DNA of 63,029 nt, filler included, from Nemertoderma westbladi (Eukaryota; Animalia; Xenacoelomorpha): assembly GCA_032718475.1 (NCBI GenBank). It is 3 parts of 3 records of this genome, joined end to end, with 100 filler letters (N's around TTAATTAATTAA, not from the genome) between each part and the next. Parts side by side here need not be neighbours in the genome. Positions count along the whole stretch, not along the records: positions 30,457 to 52,780 come from JAUCBJ010006051.1; 2 more parts are not named here. One strand, written 5' to 3'. A program made the position numbers and the translations under genes. This document shows, piece after piece, positions 38,698 through 50,900 of this stretch; the first letter of the stretch is position 1; every line of letters starts with the position of its first letter. The notes beneath the pieces were generated by a model, which saw nothing but the letters and a program-made list of their open reading frames with translations, did not search any database and was not told the DNA's origin.

Positions 38698-41600
38698 TCA
38701 AGGGCGATTCTTCCAGCAGGCACTCTCCCACTGCCCCCCTGTAGGTCCTCTTATCCTTCGCCCCACTCTCCTTGTAAATTCCAACTCTCTAGGAATTGAT
38801 TCTCCCTCCTCCACCACCCTAAACTCGAGTCTTTCGGTTGCCTTCTTGATTTCCTCATGGTCCCCTGGCAGCAAAATGCCACCCTTCATCTTGTCGTCAC
38901 CTGGCGGTAGAATGAAAAGAAATCGAAAGAATAGATAGAACAGAATGGATAATAGTAATCCTATCCTTTTCCACCCTGTCTTCTTATTTGACCTCCCCCT
39001 TTTCAGTATGCCTCTCAACCGGACCGGTGTCTCCTCCGGACATCTCGCCATCCACTCTTCTCCATCCTCATACCGATACTTGCCGGGAACATCCTTCTTC
39101 CATCCCATCATCTCTAAGTCTTCCGCGTCGAATCCATTCTCCTCCACACACTCTCTTGCTGTTGCTTCCCCTCCTAATTCATCTACCGATGGTATTTCTC
39201 TGGAACTATCCTCTATCCTTTCACCACGCTCCACTATGCGTGGTTCCAGATCCATACCCAACTCCTGGTATCCTTCCCCGGGCCGCTTCTCACATGGGAC
39301 CTCCCCATCGCCCGTCTCTGGTTTCTCCTCTACGTCCTCAACAGTGCCTGATAGCATGCATCCTGATGTCTCCGACACCCTGAATGGAATCTTGGTTTTA
39401 ATTGGGCCGCTAAGCGTCCATCCGAACGGCGTGAGAATTGCCGTCGGATCTCGCTGCTTATTCTCTCCGAATATGGTCCGTACTCTCTCGTGGGCTGTCG
39501 GACAATCCATTCCGACTATGATGGATACCTTCGAGACGTCCACTTCCGGTATTGAGAAATCGATATCATCCAGGAACCGGTATTGCTCGACCTCGATCCT
39601 GGTGGGTCGCCTGGGATTTATATTAATCGATTCTATTATCTGAATGGGGTCGATGGTCGCCCCATAATCACATCCTGGTGCTATTGCTGATATCTCGCAC
39701 CGTCCCGTTCTCATCTCCAGGACCTCATCCTTGCTCGAGATAGTAGTTACTGCCATCCTACTCGGCCTCGTCTGTAACCCTATCTCCTCGGCCACCCAAT
39801 TCTCCACCAGCGTGAAGGCTGCTCCGCTGTCGACCAGCATTAATGTCGTGACTGATCGGCCGCCTTTTCCTGTTATCCTCACTGGTACTACCCCGAGTAG
39901 TACTTTCCTCTTTCTCCTTGCTCCCGTCGTGCTCGTAGCCATAGTTTGGCCTCCAGTCTCATCATATTCTATCGGTGTTTCTTTACACTCTCCGAATCTG
40001 TGTCCTTCTACCATGCATCGATGATATAGTCCGTTTGTATCCGCGTAGGCTACCCGATCTTGTTTAGGCAACGCCTGCCAATGCTTACAACTCATGGTCT
40101 TATGGGTTCCATCTCTATGCAACTGACATTCGTATCCTGGATTGTAGCATTCCTTGTATAAACCTTCATGTATCGCGCGTAGGTTCATATCTACCAGTTT
40201 AGAGTTTTGGTTATTTGGACTTGGCCTACTGGGTGTGTTGGGATTATATTTGTTTGTGGTGTTATTTTGTTTCTGTCCCTGCCACGGTGTGGCCCTACTC
40301 CCAGCTATCTGTGGACTTGTAGTCCCCTGCGTGGCCGCATGTGGTAGCGACTGTCTCACTCTCAGGAATGCATCTGCCAGATTATGTTCGGGTTTAGGCC
40401 TGTTGTATTCAGCTTTCGGCGCCTTCCCTAAACTATCCTCACTGTAGACTGGGTCTGAAATCAACTCCGCTTCGTAATTGAGGAAGTTCGACATTTCCTC
40501 TAGGCCCGGTTCCGCACCTTTCTTCTCCCGGGTGGAGAAGGCGATCTTCCTCCACTTGTTTCTAAGCCAGATTGGCAGTGCCTGCGCTATCGTGGTGATG
40601 TTATTCGATGCGTTAAGTTTGTAGGGCGCATCCAAGGTTTTCAGCACAATCAGCGCCTTTTCGACTTTATTTGCGAAAGCCTTTATACTGACAGGGTTAT
40701 CCTGTAGGCCACCCGATGTTATTCCCCTCAAGGTTTGCCGGATGATCTTGGCAGGGTGTCCATATTCCCTGTCTAGGGCCCGCCATGCAGTTGTGAATCC
40801 GCACCTTGATACCTTGATACTGCCTTACGATATCGTACGCTGGGCCCCCTGTGTAAACTTGTAAATATTTTAGGCACTCTGCCTGCGTCAGATTCTTAGT
40901 TAATATTTCATTACAGTACATGTGTCAGAATTGCAGGTATTCTTCCGGTCTGCTTCCATCGAATTTAAACGGCTCCACTGGTGGCAGCTCGATCCTGGTC
41001 TTAAGCGCATCAATAAGTGTTGCCATTCCCATCGCCTGTGCTTCTAGTGGGTTCGATGGATGCTGTACAGACTCTCCTGTTGTTGGGTGCGGTTCGCCCG
41101 TCAGGCCTGTCGACCTCTTCTGTGTTGGATATATCATTAGGGGTAACGGTCCCCTCCATATCTCTGTATCGCACAATCTATTCTGGTCCAAGGGGTTCGG
41201 GGTTTTTGTTCTCGGATGAGTGTATTGCTGATATTGTAATGGGGGAATGTCACCCTGGGGTATATCTCACCAGGCTGCGTCTCTCTGGGGCGACGGCAAT
41301 CTCCCGGAGTTCGACCCCACTGACTCTCGGACTCTATCTCTGCTACCGACGGTTCACTATCCGTCCTTGCTCTCCGGTTGCTCGTAGCAAGGCTTCTTCT
41401 ATTCTCTTCAATTCTTCTCTCTTCAGTGTAGTGATCTCCTTCGTGAGATCTCTCTTCGACCTCCCGGATAAACTCCACTGTTCTTCTTCCGTCTTCCGAC
41501 TGGGCTCGACATCTTTTCGCTCGCCCGCTCACGGCCCGGTTGGACACTCCTGGGGATACTCGCAATCCCCCTACTGTTCTCCGTCGTCGGATGCCACGGT

Positions 41601-43732
41601 TCACCTAACTCTCCCCGCGCATTATCTGCCGATGCTTGTGGGACATTCTCTGCCCCCCCCCCCCCCCTATCGCCACTAATCTCTCATGGTGGGGTGCCCA
41701 TAGCCCCCCCCCCCGATTTGCCACCTCTTACTTCGCTACCCCCTACTTCGCTTCTACGCCCCTCTCTAGTCGACGCATTGTCTCTACTCCGGCTGGGTCT
41801 ACTCACCCCCGCCTCTCCCTGTGCGACTGCGTGGCCTTGCAGGCTCCCAACGGGTTGACTCACCCCCGCTACTCCCTGCCTAACTACGTGGCCTTGCAGG
41901 CTCCCATCGGGTTGACTCACCCCCCCCCCCCCCCCCCCCCCCGCTACTCCCTGCGTAACTACGTGGCCTTGCAGGCTCTCGCTGGTCGTACCACCCGTGT
42001 CCCCTATGTTCGTAATAATAGCACCGTTATCAATAATATTATTATCTAAGTTATTTAAATTATTTAAATTATTTTGTTCAGAATTAGGGCTATTATTTGG
42101 AATATTTTGTACATTTAAATTAGAATTATTTGGATTATTTTGTTCGTTTAAATTAATATTATTTGGATTATTTTGTATGTTTAAATTAATATTATTCGGA
42201 TTATTTTGCACATTTAAATCAAAATTATTATTACCGGGTAAAATATTATTTCCTGCAACAAAGGTTTGATTAGGGTTGTCTACTACGGTACTATTAATAT
42301 TCATTCCTTCTAACGTATTATTATTACCCCCCCCCCCCCCCCCGCCCGTACGGTTACACCAGTCCTGGGTCTGTCGTCCGGTGCCTGTAAGTGGGGTATT
42401 AACAAACGTCTCCATTACTTCTGGCTCCTCGTAAACACTACCCGAACCAGCCTCACTCTCCGATAATCCCAACTTCGCCTGTTCTAACCGGCGCTTTTGC
42501 TTCGCCTGCTATTGCATAAGCCCCCTTAGCCGGGTATGCACATCATCCCGCATACGCTTTCCCACTCTCTCTCTCTCTCTATCCTCTCTCAAACTTTGGT
42601 TCGCTAATTCCATCTTTCTCGCCTCCCGCTCTCTACGCTCATTCACTTCTCTTGCCTCTCGCTCTCTACGCTCATTCGCTTCCCTCTCTACCCTCGCTGC
42701 CTCTTTTGCTTCTTGCTCTTTGCGCTCGTTCTTTATTCTCGCCTCTCGCTCATCGCGCTTGTTTATCTCTCTCTGTTCCCTCTCACTACAGATTCTCGCC
42801 ACCCTCTCGGCCCTCTCCTTACACTCCCTCACTAACTCTCTCTCTTTCTCTAATAACGCGGTTCCTTCGTCCAGTTGCCTCTCCAACTGCCTCTGATCCA
42901 GCGCCACAAGGTGTAACTGACACGCCAGATCTATCTCTAACACCCTTCTTGCTTTTGCGGAGGATGTAGCGGACTTATCGGTCGTGACGGACTCCCCTCG
43001 CCTCTCTGTCCTACTAACTTTCCCCGGCTTTCTGGGGTTCTTGCTAACCGACGACACAGAATCCTCGGGGTTAACCTCGGGTTCGCCATTGTGCGGGTCC
43101 ACCCAACCCACTAACTTAATTCCCCTAGCATCCACTAAGTAAGGCCCTACGTATACTACGTCTGTCTCCATTACCCCAGACTGCCACAATTCAAACAGTT
43201 CTGTGGTGACCCCCCTCGCTCTCTCACTCACCAGTGCTCCCTGTCCAAAACGGACGAAATAGCGAAAGTGTTTATTCGACTCACCTAGCCTCTGATATAG
43301 TTTAGGCTGGTCTACCTTTCTCCCTTCCTTGGCCTCCTTAAGTAGTTTCTTGGTGGCGTTGTAGGCCCGTCGTAGCCGATCACTCATCCCGACGTCCTCT
43401 TCGCCGACTCCGCCTCCTCTCCTCGTCCAGTGTTGTACCGGCGGCCCCACCGTCGCCGTTCCAGTGGGCCGTCCATCGCCCTCAGCCTGTGGCTGGCCGT
43501 CGACTTCGGTACTCCGACCGCCGTCATCGTCGCGCATCGACTCGTCTCCCTCTCTCCTCCATAGTTGACGGCCGCCCCCCGCTTGGGCTACTGGATCGTC
43601 CCTCGTCGGCGAATCCGGTGTCACTGGCCGATACCGTCGCATCGCGGCCTCACGGATCGTTTGGTTGGTGTCATCCGGGGTCCGCAGCAGCGTCCTCTCT
43701 CCCTCTGATAATCGGGGCTCCCAGTCGCTCAT
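38698..43732 (-). pseudogene. BEL/Pao-type Gag-protease polyprotein with extended C-terminus (several stops and frameshifts in the 5' part)
   Basis: Coiled-coil region; IELPPVEPFKFDGSRPEEYLQF / CLKYLQVYTGGPA (DUF1759-like); Cys/His knuckles CQLHRDGTHKTMSC and HRCMVEGHRFGEC; protease LVDSGAAFTLV, IVGMD, AILTPFGWTLSG. Confidence 0.85.
41800..42230. repeat. Intragenic repeats in gag: three ~60-bp units and about five 33-bp Asn-rich units
   Basis: SLQGHVVxQGVAG x3 and NLNxQNNPNN x5 in ORF 41684..42472. Confidence 0.85.
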
Positions 43733-43733
43733 G

Positions 43734-44082
43734 ATTGATTTCACCTTTTACTGTACTTTGGCCCTCTGTTCCCAATGGATGCTTTCCTATCCCTAATCAC
43801 GTGCTTCCCTCCCCACTATTGGCTAATATACTAATTGTCACGTCGGCACTCCCTGTGAGTGTTTCCCCCCGCTGCTAGCCTCTACTAGCCTTGTTCCCTC
43901 CGAGGTGGTTTGACCTCTCACCTTTCTCTGTGGCTTTGGGACTTGTGACGCCCCCCCCCCCCCCCCCAATGTTGGTTATGAGATGAGATTAATATTGGTA
44001 ATCTCGTATCCCCAACATATTGCTAAAATGCCACTAGTCCCATTTTCTGGTGGGTAATGAAGTGGAATTGAATCCGCTTACA
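43734..44082 (-). repeat. Partial 5' LTR (first ~350 bp only; distal part and PBS absent)
   Basis: Homology to the 3' LTR stops one base before the gag ATG at 43732. Confidence 0.85.
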
Positions 44083-44800
44083 ATATTTGGCTCTCTACGA
44101 TAAACTCTGATGGCTACTCATTCCGATCGAGAATTGTATCTTTCTCAGTTGGAAACATTTCGAAATCTGAAGCTGAGTTTCTGGTACCTATCGCCTATAC
44201 CATTCCTATGCTAAACATCCCTTCCTATCAACTCAATGCGCCCCGACTGAAAGAGAGGTGGAAGCACTTCTCTGATTTGGATCTACCTTCCAAGACTCCA
44301 GTAAAGTCAGCCTTCTACGCAGAGCCAATGTATTCAAAACTATCCATTCCCTTGGCTACCATGTGGGACCCCCCTGCTCATTCTATACAGTCCTCACAAA
44401 CTTTGGATGGACCTGCACATCTGGTGTTGAGTTCATAGACTCCGGAACTGGTGACGACAAGCAGCTTCACATTATGGTCATCCAGGATACCACGCTTCAC
44501 ATTGTCCCTTCAGCTGCGGAAACTAACGCCACCCCCACGAACAGTTACAGCGGTTCTGGACCACCGAGTCGTATGGAACTCTTCTCGACTCATCTAAATT
44601 TCTCTCTTGGGACAACCAGGCTGCTTTGAAAATTCTCAATGGGTCCACCACCTGCGTAAATGGCCACTACCAGAGCTCTCTTCTGTGGAAATCTGAAAGT
44701 TGCTCTCTATAACTATGAGATTGCAAAACAGTGGCTAGCATCTACAAATGTGCCGTGTAAATAGGAGCATTAGACTCACTGAGCAATATGCTTGGAACCT
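44083..44800 (+). mobile_element. Continuation of the host BEL/Pao element (rest of protease and pre-RT region)
   Basis: RWKHFSDLDLP, VLTNFGWT, QRFWTTESYG, GHYQSSLLWK, NYEIAKQWL. Confidence 0.75.
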
Positions 44801-44839
44801 ACCACCACCAACTTTCAAAGACTGGGCCGACATAGGTCT

Positions 44840-46667
44840 CATGACCAGACAGACAATGAAGGCCCAGGAATTCTGATTTGGTTTTTTCAATATCAACCAA
44901 GAGACACATCGAGAATTGACCAGGAGGAGGTTACCGTTCACATACCAGGAGGTAACGACAGCGGCATCGTACGGAGGGGTTACTAATACCCAGTGATACC
45001 TCGATAGGTGGTTGACAGAGAACAAAGCAGAGTTTGGAGAGTTTCTAGGAGAACACATACTCCGCACAATGAGGATCATCATATGGGACACCACCAGAGG
45101 AAGACAGGAGGGTCACTCGACGGGACTGCCAGTGAAGAGTTATCAAATTATGATAACGGCCATGCCCAGGGAACAAACCACAGGGATTAGTAAGGCCGTG
45201 GCGGCGCATACGACCTCGATTAAGAACAAGCGGCATGATAGGAAGCGTCCATGACAGGATGATGACAGGGGCAAATAACTATGGTGGTTTCCGGAAAAGA
45301 TGGGAGTTGGACTCTAAATTCGTTCTAGATTCATGGTTGCATCTATATGCCTGGAAGGCATCATCAGAACTACAAACTAATGTTTACAAGAACTCAGAAG
45401 TCCCACCATAAATATAAATAATCAAATGAATACATAGTGCAAATAATCAGAAGTGAAATATATTACGTAGATTAGATAATATAACCACCAAGCATGTACT
45501 ACATAGTCAAACATAACCTTTCTCAATTAACTACTGGGATGGGGGACTCACTGACTGAAACAAGGAGGATGAGACATTGGACAGATCCCATTTCTCAAGT
45601 GAGGCCTCACGAATGAGATTGTGGGAATCCGACAGGAGTGAGAGAATGAGAATAGAAGGGTTGAGTAAAAGGGGGTGTGATGTTGAAATACAAGAGTTAC
45701 AGGAAGGGTGAAGGATGCTAAGGAGTGCAACATTCGGGAAAGTGTGGTGAGCGAGTCGGGTGGAGGATCAGTCCTATGGTGGGACTAATGAGATGAGTAA
45801 GAAGCGGTGAAATTGGACAACGGTATCCAACTTAAAATTGAGTGAGGAGGAGGGGCGATCATCTAAATAGAGACACCACATGCCTTGGTACAACTTTGCG
45901 CACAGATGTACCAAGGATGGGTAGTGAGATCAGACCCAGTGGGGCCAGACTGGGAGACTATCAACAGAGAAGATTTTTCCACCCCACATCCAATAATAGA
46001 TTGGATTCCAGTTGAATGGAGTGCACTTATTGGTTGATGCTTTCTTCTCACCGGGAATATAGCATGGGGGAGTGTAAGCGGATCCATCCCGCTACACACC
46101 ACCTACCAGGAGAATGGGGTGGTGGGCTGATTTATGAATCGGTCAGGTATGTAAGCAATATTGCATACCAGAGAATGTAGGAAGCAATATTAGCTGGGAG
46201 ATGGTTTAACTACCCACCTCAGGGGAAAGGGGCTAACACAGGGCAAAGGATTAATAGGAGTGGAATAAGCCGACCAATGGGAGGACCACAGTTGGTGGTA
46301 AGAGAGTGTATCGATTGGTTAACAGCAGTACGTGTTGGTGCTGCATAATATTCCCCCTAATTTTCCACATATATACTGTCATCAAGTGACTACTGGTTCA
46401 GTTGTCTATTTTGTTGGTGTAGTACATAGTTACATAGTTTTCCACCATCACCTGCTATATTATACTGTTATAAAAATTGTGCTGTATTATCTACTTATAT
46501 CGAACTATATCAGAGATCCAATAACATCAGGTAATAAGAACAAACTCTGTTTTATCCTGCACAATAACCCTTCAGTTATAATCAGAGCAGCGACGCGTAT
46601 ATTCTACAACTACAAATAGAGATTTACTCTGGTCGGGATCCAAAGTGCCAACTCGGATCCCGTCACA
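44840..46667 (+). mobile_element. 3' portion of a second, related LTR element (ORF2 C-terminal half, 3' region, PPT, LTR)
   Basis: ORF2 homolog MKAQEF*FGFFNINQETHRELTRRRLPFTYQEVTTAASYGGV...ENKAEFGEF...WDTTRGRQEGHS. 45500-46072 resembles the reverse complement of 35745-36300. Confidence 0.82.
46073..46667 (+). repeat. LTR (595 bp; TGTAAGCGG...GATCCCGTCACA)
   Basis: Follows a PPT. Termini are shared with LTR 35090-35744 but the interior is diverged. Confidence 0.82.
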
Positions 46668-46858
46668 ATCACATATATTTTTCACGTGGAATAATATATG
46701 TGATATTACCTGTATTTTTAAACTGAATTTATTAGTTTATAGTCAAGTTTAACAACCCCTAAAAAACCAAGCCCCATTTTTTGAACTCTCCCCCCAAACA
46801 AAACCCTTTTTAGAATCTGAGTATAAGTGTGAAATGGCTAATACATGGCTAAACACAT

Positions 46859-46995
46859 ATTACCAAGGTTTTTATTTTAGTTATTTTACGAGTTATTTAC
46901 CCTTGGAATAGATGCTTGCCGGGCTTCGCCTCGGGTAAACATCTACTCCGCGGGTAAATACTGTAACTCGTAAAATAACTAAAATCCTTGGTAAT
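46859..46995. repeat. ~135-bp foldback palindrome (second copy at ~50214-50352)
   Basis: Arms TTACCAAGG..TTTTAGTTATTTTACGAGTTA..TTTACCC and GGGTAAA..TAACTCGTAAAATAACTAAAA.CCTTGGTAA, with apex GGCTTCGCC. Confidence 0.85.
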
Positions 46996-47627
46996 AAATA
47001 TTGATATTGACCCTGGAAAGGTTTCCGTCTTGTCTTCCGATTTCCTTCTGACGACGTTGAATCAAATGCGTGCCTACTGCCGTTTCCCAACATTGTATAT
47101 CGAAAGTATTGACCGGAGACCATGTGATGAAAGTCGTTCCTTCGTCCCCATCCTCCGTAAATGTTTCCCAATACTGATGTCCGTCGACCCCTCTCCATAG
47201 GCCTACCCCATCACAGCCTCTGTTGTGAATTTGTGACATGGTTGTTACTCGCGATGACAAACCGGTATATTATTGGTGATCACTGGATGAGCCAATAGAG
47301 AGAAGGTCCAGTCCTGTCGCTCAGTGAACGATAGAGTTTCGAAAGAACAACGCCACTACCGGAAGCCGGGATTAATTTCGTAAATTCTTTTAAATTCTTA
47401 AATTTCTTAAATTAATTTCTTAATTTCTTATGATTAATTAATTAATTAAAAATCGGTCAGCCCATAAAGACAATACTATAACAAAGGCTACTGATCTTAC
47501 TGTAGTAGTCATAGTGTGGTACTGGTACAACTATAACATTATTTCAAGGAGACCTGCCCTTATAATACTGTAAATGTAAAAATGAAATCTCAGACAGCCG
47601 GGAGAAAATTTTAGATACATTTTCGAT

Positions 47628-47905
47628 AATTGTTGGATAGCCTGTGCACAAATTGGATAACTGTTGCATAGGTGCAAAAATTGGATAACTGTTGGATAGC
47701 CTGTGCAAAAATTGGATTACTGTTGGATAGCCTGTGCACAAATTGGATAACTGTTGCATAGGTGCAAAAATTGGATAACTGTTGGATAGCCTGTGCAAAA
47801 ATTGGATAACTGTTGGATAGCCTGTGCAAAAATTGGATAACTGTTGGATAGCCTGTGCAAAAATTGGATAACTGTTGGATAGCCTGTGCAAAAATTGTAT
47901 AACTG
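47628..47905. repeat. 31-bp minisatellite (AATTGGATAACTGTTGGATAGCCTGTGCAAA), ~9 units; ~5 units in copy B (50990-51146)
   Basis: Period of 31 at 47771, 47802 and 47833, with shorter variant units. Confidence 0.92.
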
Positions 47906-50900
47906 TTAATAACCGGTAACACGTTCGTGGGGCCATCGCGCAGGACGAGGTTCAGTTATCAGATACAGATTAAAATTGAGCGACTGTATCACAAAATCAG
48001 GTTTTGAGAAATTTACCCACACCACCAATCAATCAAAGAAAGGGGGACAGTACGTGTTCACCCCTTTTAATCTGCACCCCCCCCCCCACCCTCACCCTTC
48101 CCACCCACCAGTAATTTATAACTACCGATGCCTTCAACGCAGTAGGCAGTACTCGTCTTCATTATTATAAACGTCGTTGTGCTTGTCCTGTTTTGTATTT
48201 AAACATATTTCCTAAACGCAGACTGACGGACGATCTTTATAACTACCGATGCCTTCAATAGGCGAAGCCAGGTATGGTTTATAGGAATATAGTCTACGCA
48301 GTACTGGTCTTCATTATATGCCTCGTTGCGCTCGTCGCTCGTCCTGTTTTGCATTAAAATATTTTTCATAAACCAAGACTGACGATCTTTATACAGTTAT
48401 AACTATGCGAAGTTTCGAAACTGTGCGAGTAACTGCTGATACATCTATGTGGAGATGTGTGATACAACGCCAACGCATCGTATGCCGATGTAGTAATATG
48501 GGTATTGAAATAATATTAAATCAATGTACACTCTTAAAGCTGCAGCGATAATATGTAGTTATTTTCCTAGGTTACATAAAAATTAATAATATTATTTTTA
48601 AGAACATTAATTTTACTACTTTGCAAAAATTCAATTAAAAAAGAACCAGACAAATATATTGCGGAATAAACTATTTCAGATATAAGCCTACAACAGCCAT
48701 GAGTAATTATGTCATTAAATCTTCTGTCACCTGAGATAGTAAGTAATACAACATTTATAGTATAGAGTCAATAGGAATTGAAATACAGGCAGTGTGGTTG
48801 GAGTTATGTCTGTGTTGCTATAGCAATACTACTGGCTGCCTATTACAGTACAATTCCCCTCTGCCCTGGTAAGGCTACACAAACATCTCCCAGCCAGCTA
48901 GCAGCTCTACACCCCCGCAGAGACTATGTTGACCAATAATGAGAAGGATTAAATTTGTACTCAATAATTGTGCCGCTTTAATTACGTTTAGATAAATTAA
49001 AGACACATTTATTAAAGCAAATCACTTACAGCTGTATAACTTTTATGTATAATTATTTAAATCTTATACTAGAAAAAAATTAATATCCTTTAAGGAGGCA
49101 GGTTGAAATTGATGTTGTTACCCTAATCAACTTAATTAACTAATTAAGTGCTATTATCTTAGCTTCTCGAAGGCCACGCGAAAATTCAACTTGGAAAATT
49201 TCTAAACTTTGGCCAGACTATATGTGTACCAAGTTTGGTTAAATTTCATTAAAATTTGGCTGAGTTATTAACGTTTAAAATTGGACACAACAGATCGACA
49301 GATCAACAGACACACCGATTGAGTTAGTGGTACCTGTATGCTAAGCTCGCTTACTTTCGTCACTCGCCCCACAACTGTCAGTAAATATTACTATCCATTT
49401 ATTACAGTACAAGGTTGACTGATTGAAGCGCAATAATCCCCATTTACCTAGATAAATAATGCAAATCTTACTTAACGCTGGCCCATTGACTGATCTCGGT
49501 AAATAATGTACATTTAACAATAAAGTATATTAAGGAAGCAATTTGTATTTTTTTAAACATATTATATTCAATATAACGAAATCTACAATTTCTATCTACG
49601 CACTTTGCAGTGCAGCAAATTATAATTTTCCGTCACAGTGAGTGTATGTAGTTTTGAATGAACGAAACGAGTGTAAAAATGTCAACGAGTGTGTATAACT
49701 CAATACAAGAAGGCGCAATATAATCTCACTTAGGCTACTGTAAAAACAAATTGAAAAATTCTGATATTTCTCAGAAAGAATAATTGTTTTTAATGAAGAA
49801 GAAGTGCTGAAACATAAGAGTCATAGAGTGGGTCAAGTACATACTTTGATAAAAGCAAGAAGTTTATATGAAATATTATTCGCTGGTTGGATATTTAATA
49901 CATCTATACAACGCCGACGACGCCTTTGAATAATTGTCTATTGTAGCGACTCGAGATCTTTAAATAACTCCTGAATGCCAGTCAAAGTATTTCGTACTAA
50001 TGGCCATCCACATTATCCGATCCCAATAAATAGTCCTATTCTACCGAAGGTTCCACAGGTACAAAGCTTTAATAATTAGGGGTACAGTACAGTACATACA
50101 AAACACAAAACAACCTGAAACAATCTAACCCAAGCTCAGATTAGAAAATATTCCCCCCAAACAAAACCCTTTTTAGAATCTGAGTATAAGTGTGAAATGG
50201 CTAATAACACACATATTACCAAGGTTTTTAGATATTTTACGAGTTACTGTATTTACCCTTGGAATAGATGCTTGCCGGGCTTCGCCTCGGGTAAACATCT
50301 ACTCCGCGGGTAAATACTGTAACTCGTAAAATAACTAAAATCCTTGGTAATAAATATTGATATTGACCCTGGAAAGGTTTCCGTCTTGTCTTCCGATTTC
50401 CTTCTGACGACGTTGAATCAAATGCGTGCCTACTGGCGTTTCCCAACATTGTATATCGAAAGTATTGACCGGAGACCATGTGATGAAAGTCGTTCGTTCG
50501 TCCCCATCCTCCGTAAATGTTTCCCAATACTGATGTCCGTCGACCCCTCTCCATAGGCCTACCCCATCACAGTCTCTGTTGTGAATTTGTGACATGGTTG
50601 TTACTCGCGATGACAAACCGGTATATTATTGGTGATCACTGGATGAGCCAATAGAGAGAAGGTCCAGTCCTGTCGCTCAGTGAACGATAGAGTTTCGAAA
50701 GAACAACGCCACTACCGGAAGCCGGGATTAATTTCGTAAATTCTTTTAAATTCTTAAATTTCTTAAATTAATTTCTTAATTTCTTATGATTAATTAATTA
50801 ATTAAAAATCGGTCAGCCCATAAAGACAATACTATAACAAAGGCTACTATCCTGATCTTACTGTAGTAGTCATAGTGTGGTACTGGTACAACTATAACAT

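Larger units (their letters stand above)
35090..44082 (-). mobile_element. BEL/Pao-like LTR element, ~9 kb: gag-pro plus extra ORF, no RT/RNase H/integrase
   Basis: TG...CA termini, 5-bp flanks AAATT/ATATT (4/5 TSD match), PPT next to the 3' LTR, and a host protease frame that resumes after 44082. Confidence 0.85.

Noticed and set aside
38965-39015. GILK...KKTGW as PP1-docking SILK/RVxF motifs
   Set aside because: Short motifs with a non-consensus RVxF, seen in one decayed copy; unsupported without conservation data.
35090-46667. An 11.6-kb element with long terminal inverted repeats
   Set aside because: The inverted similarity comes from two diverged LTR elements in opposite orientation, each with its own PPT.
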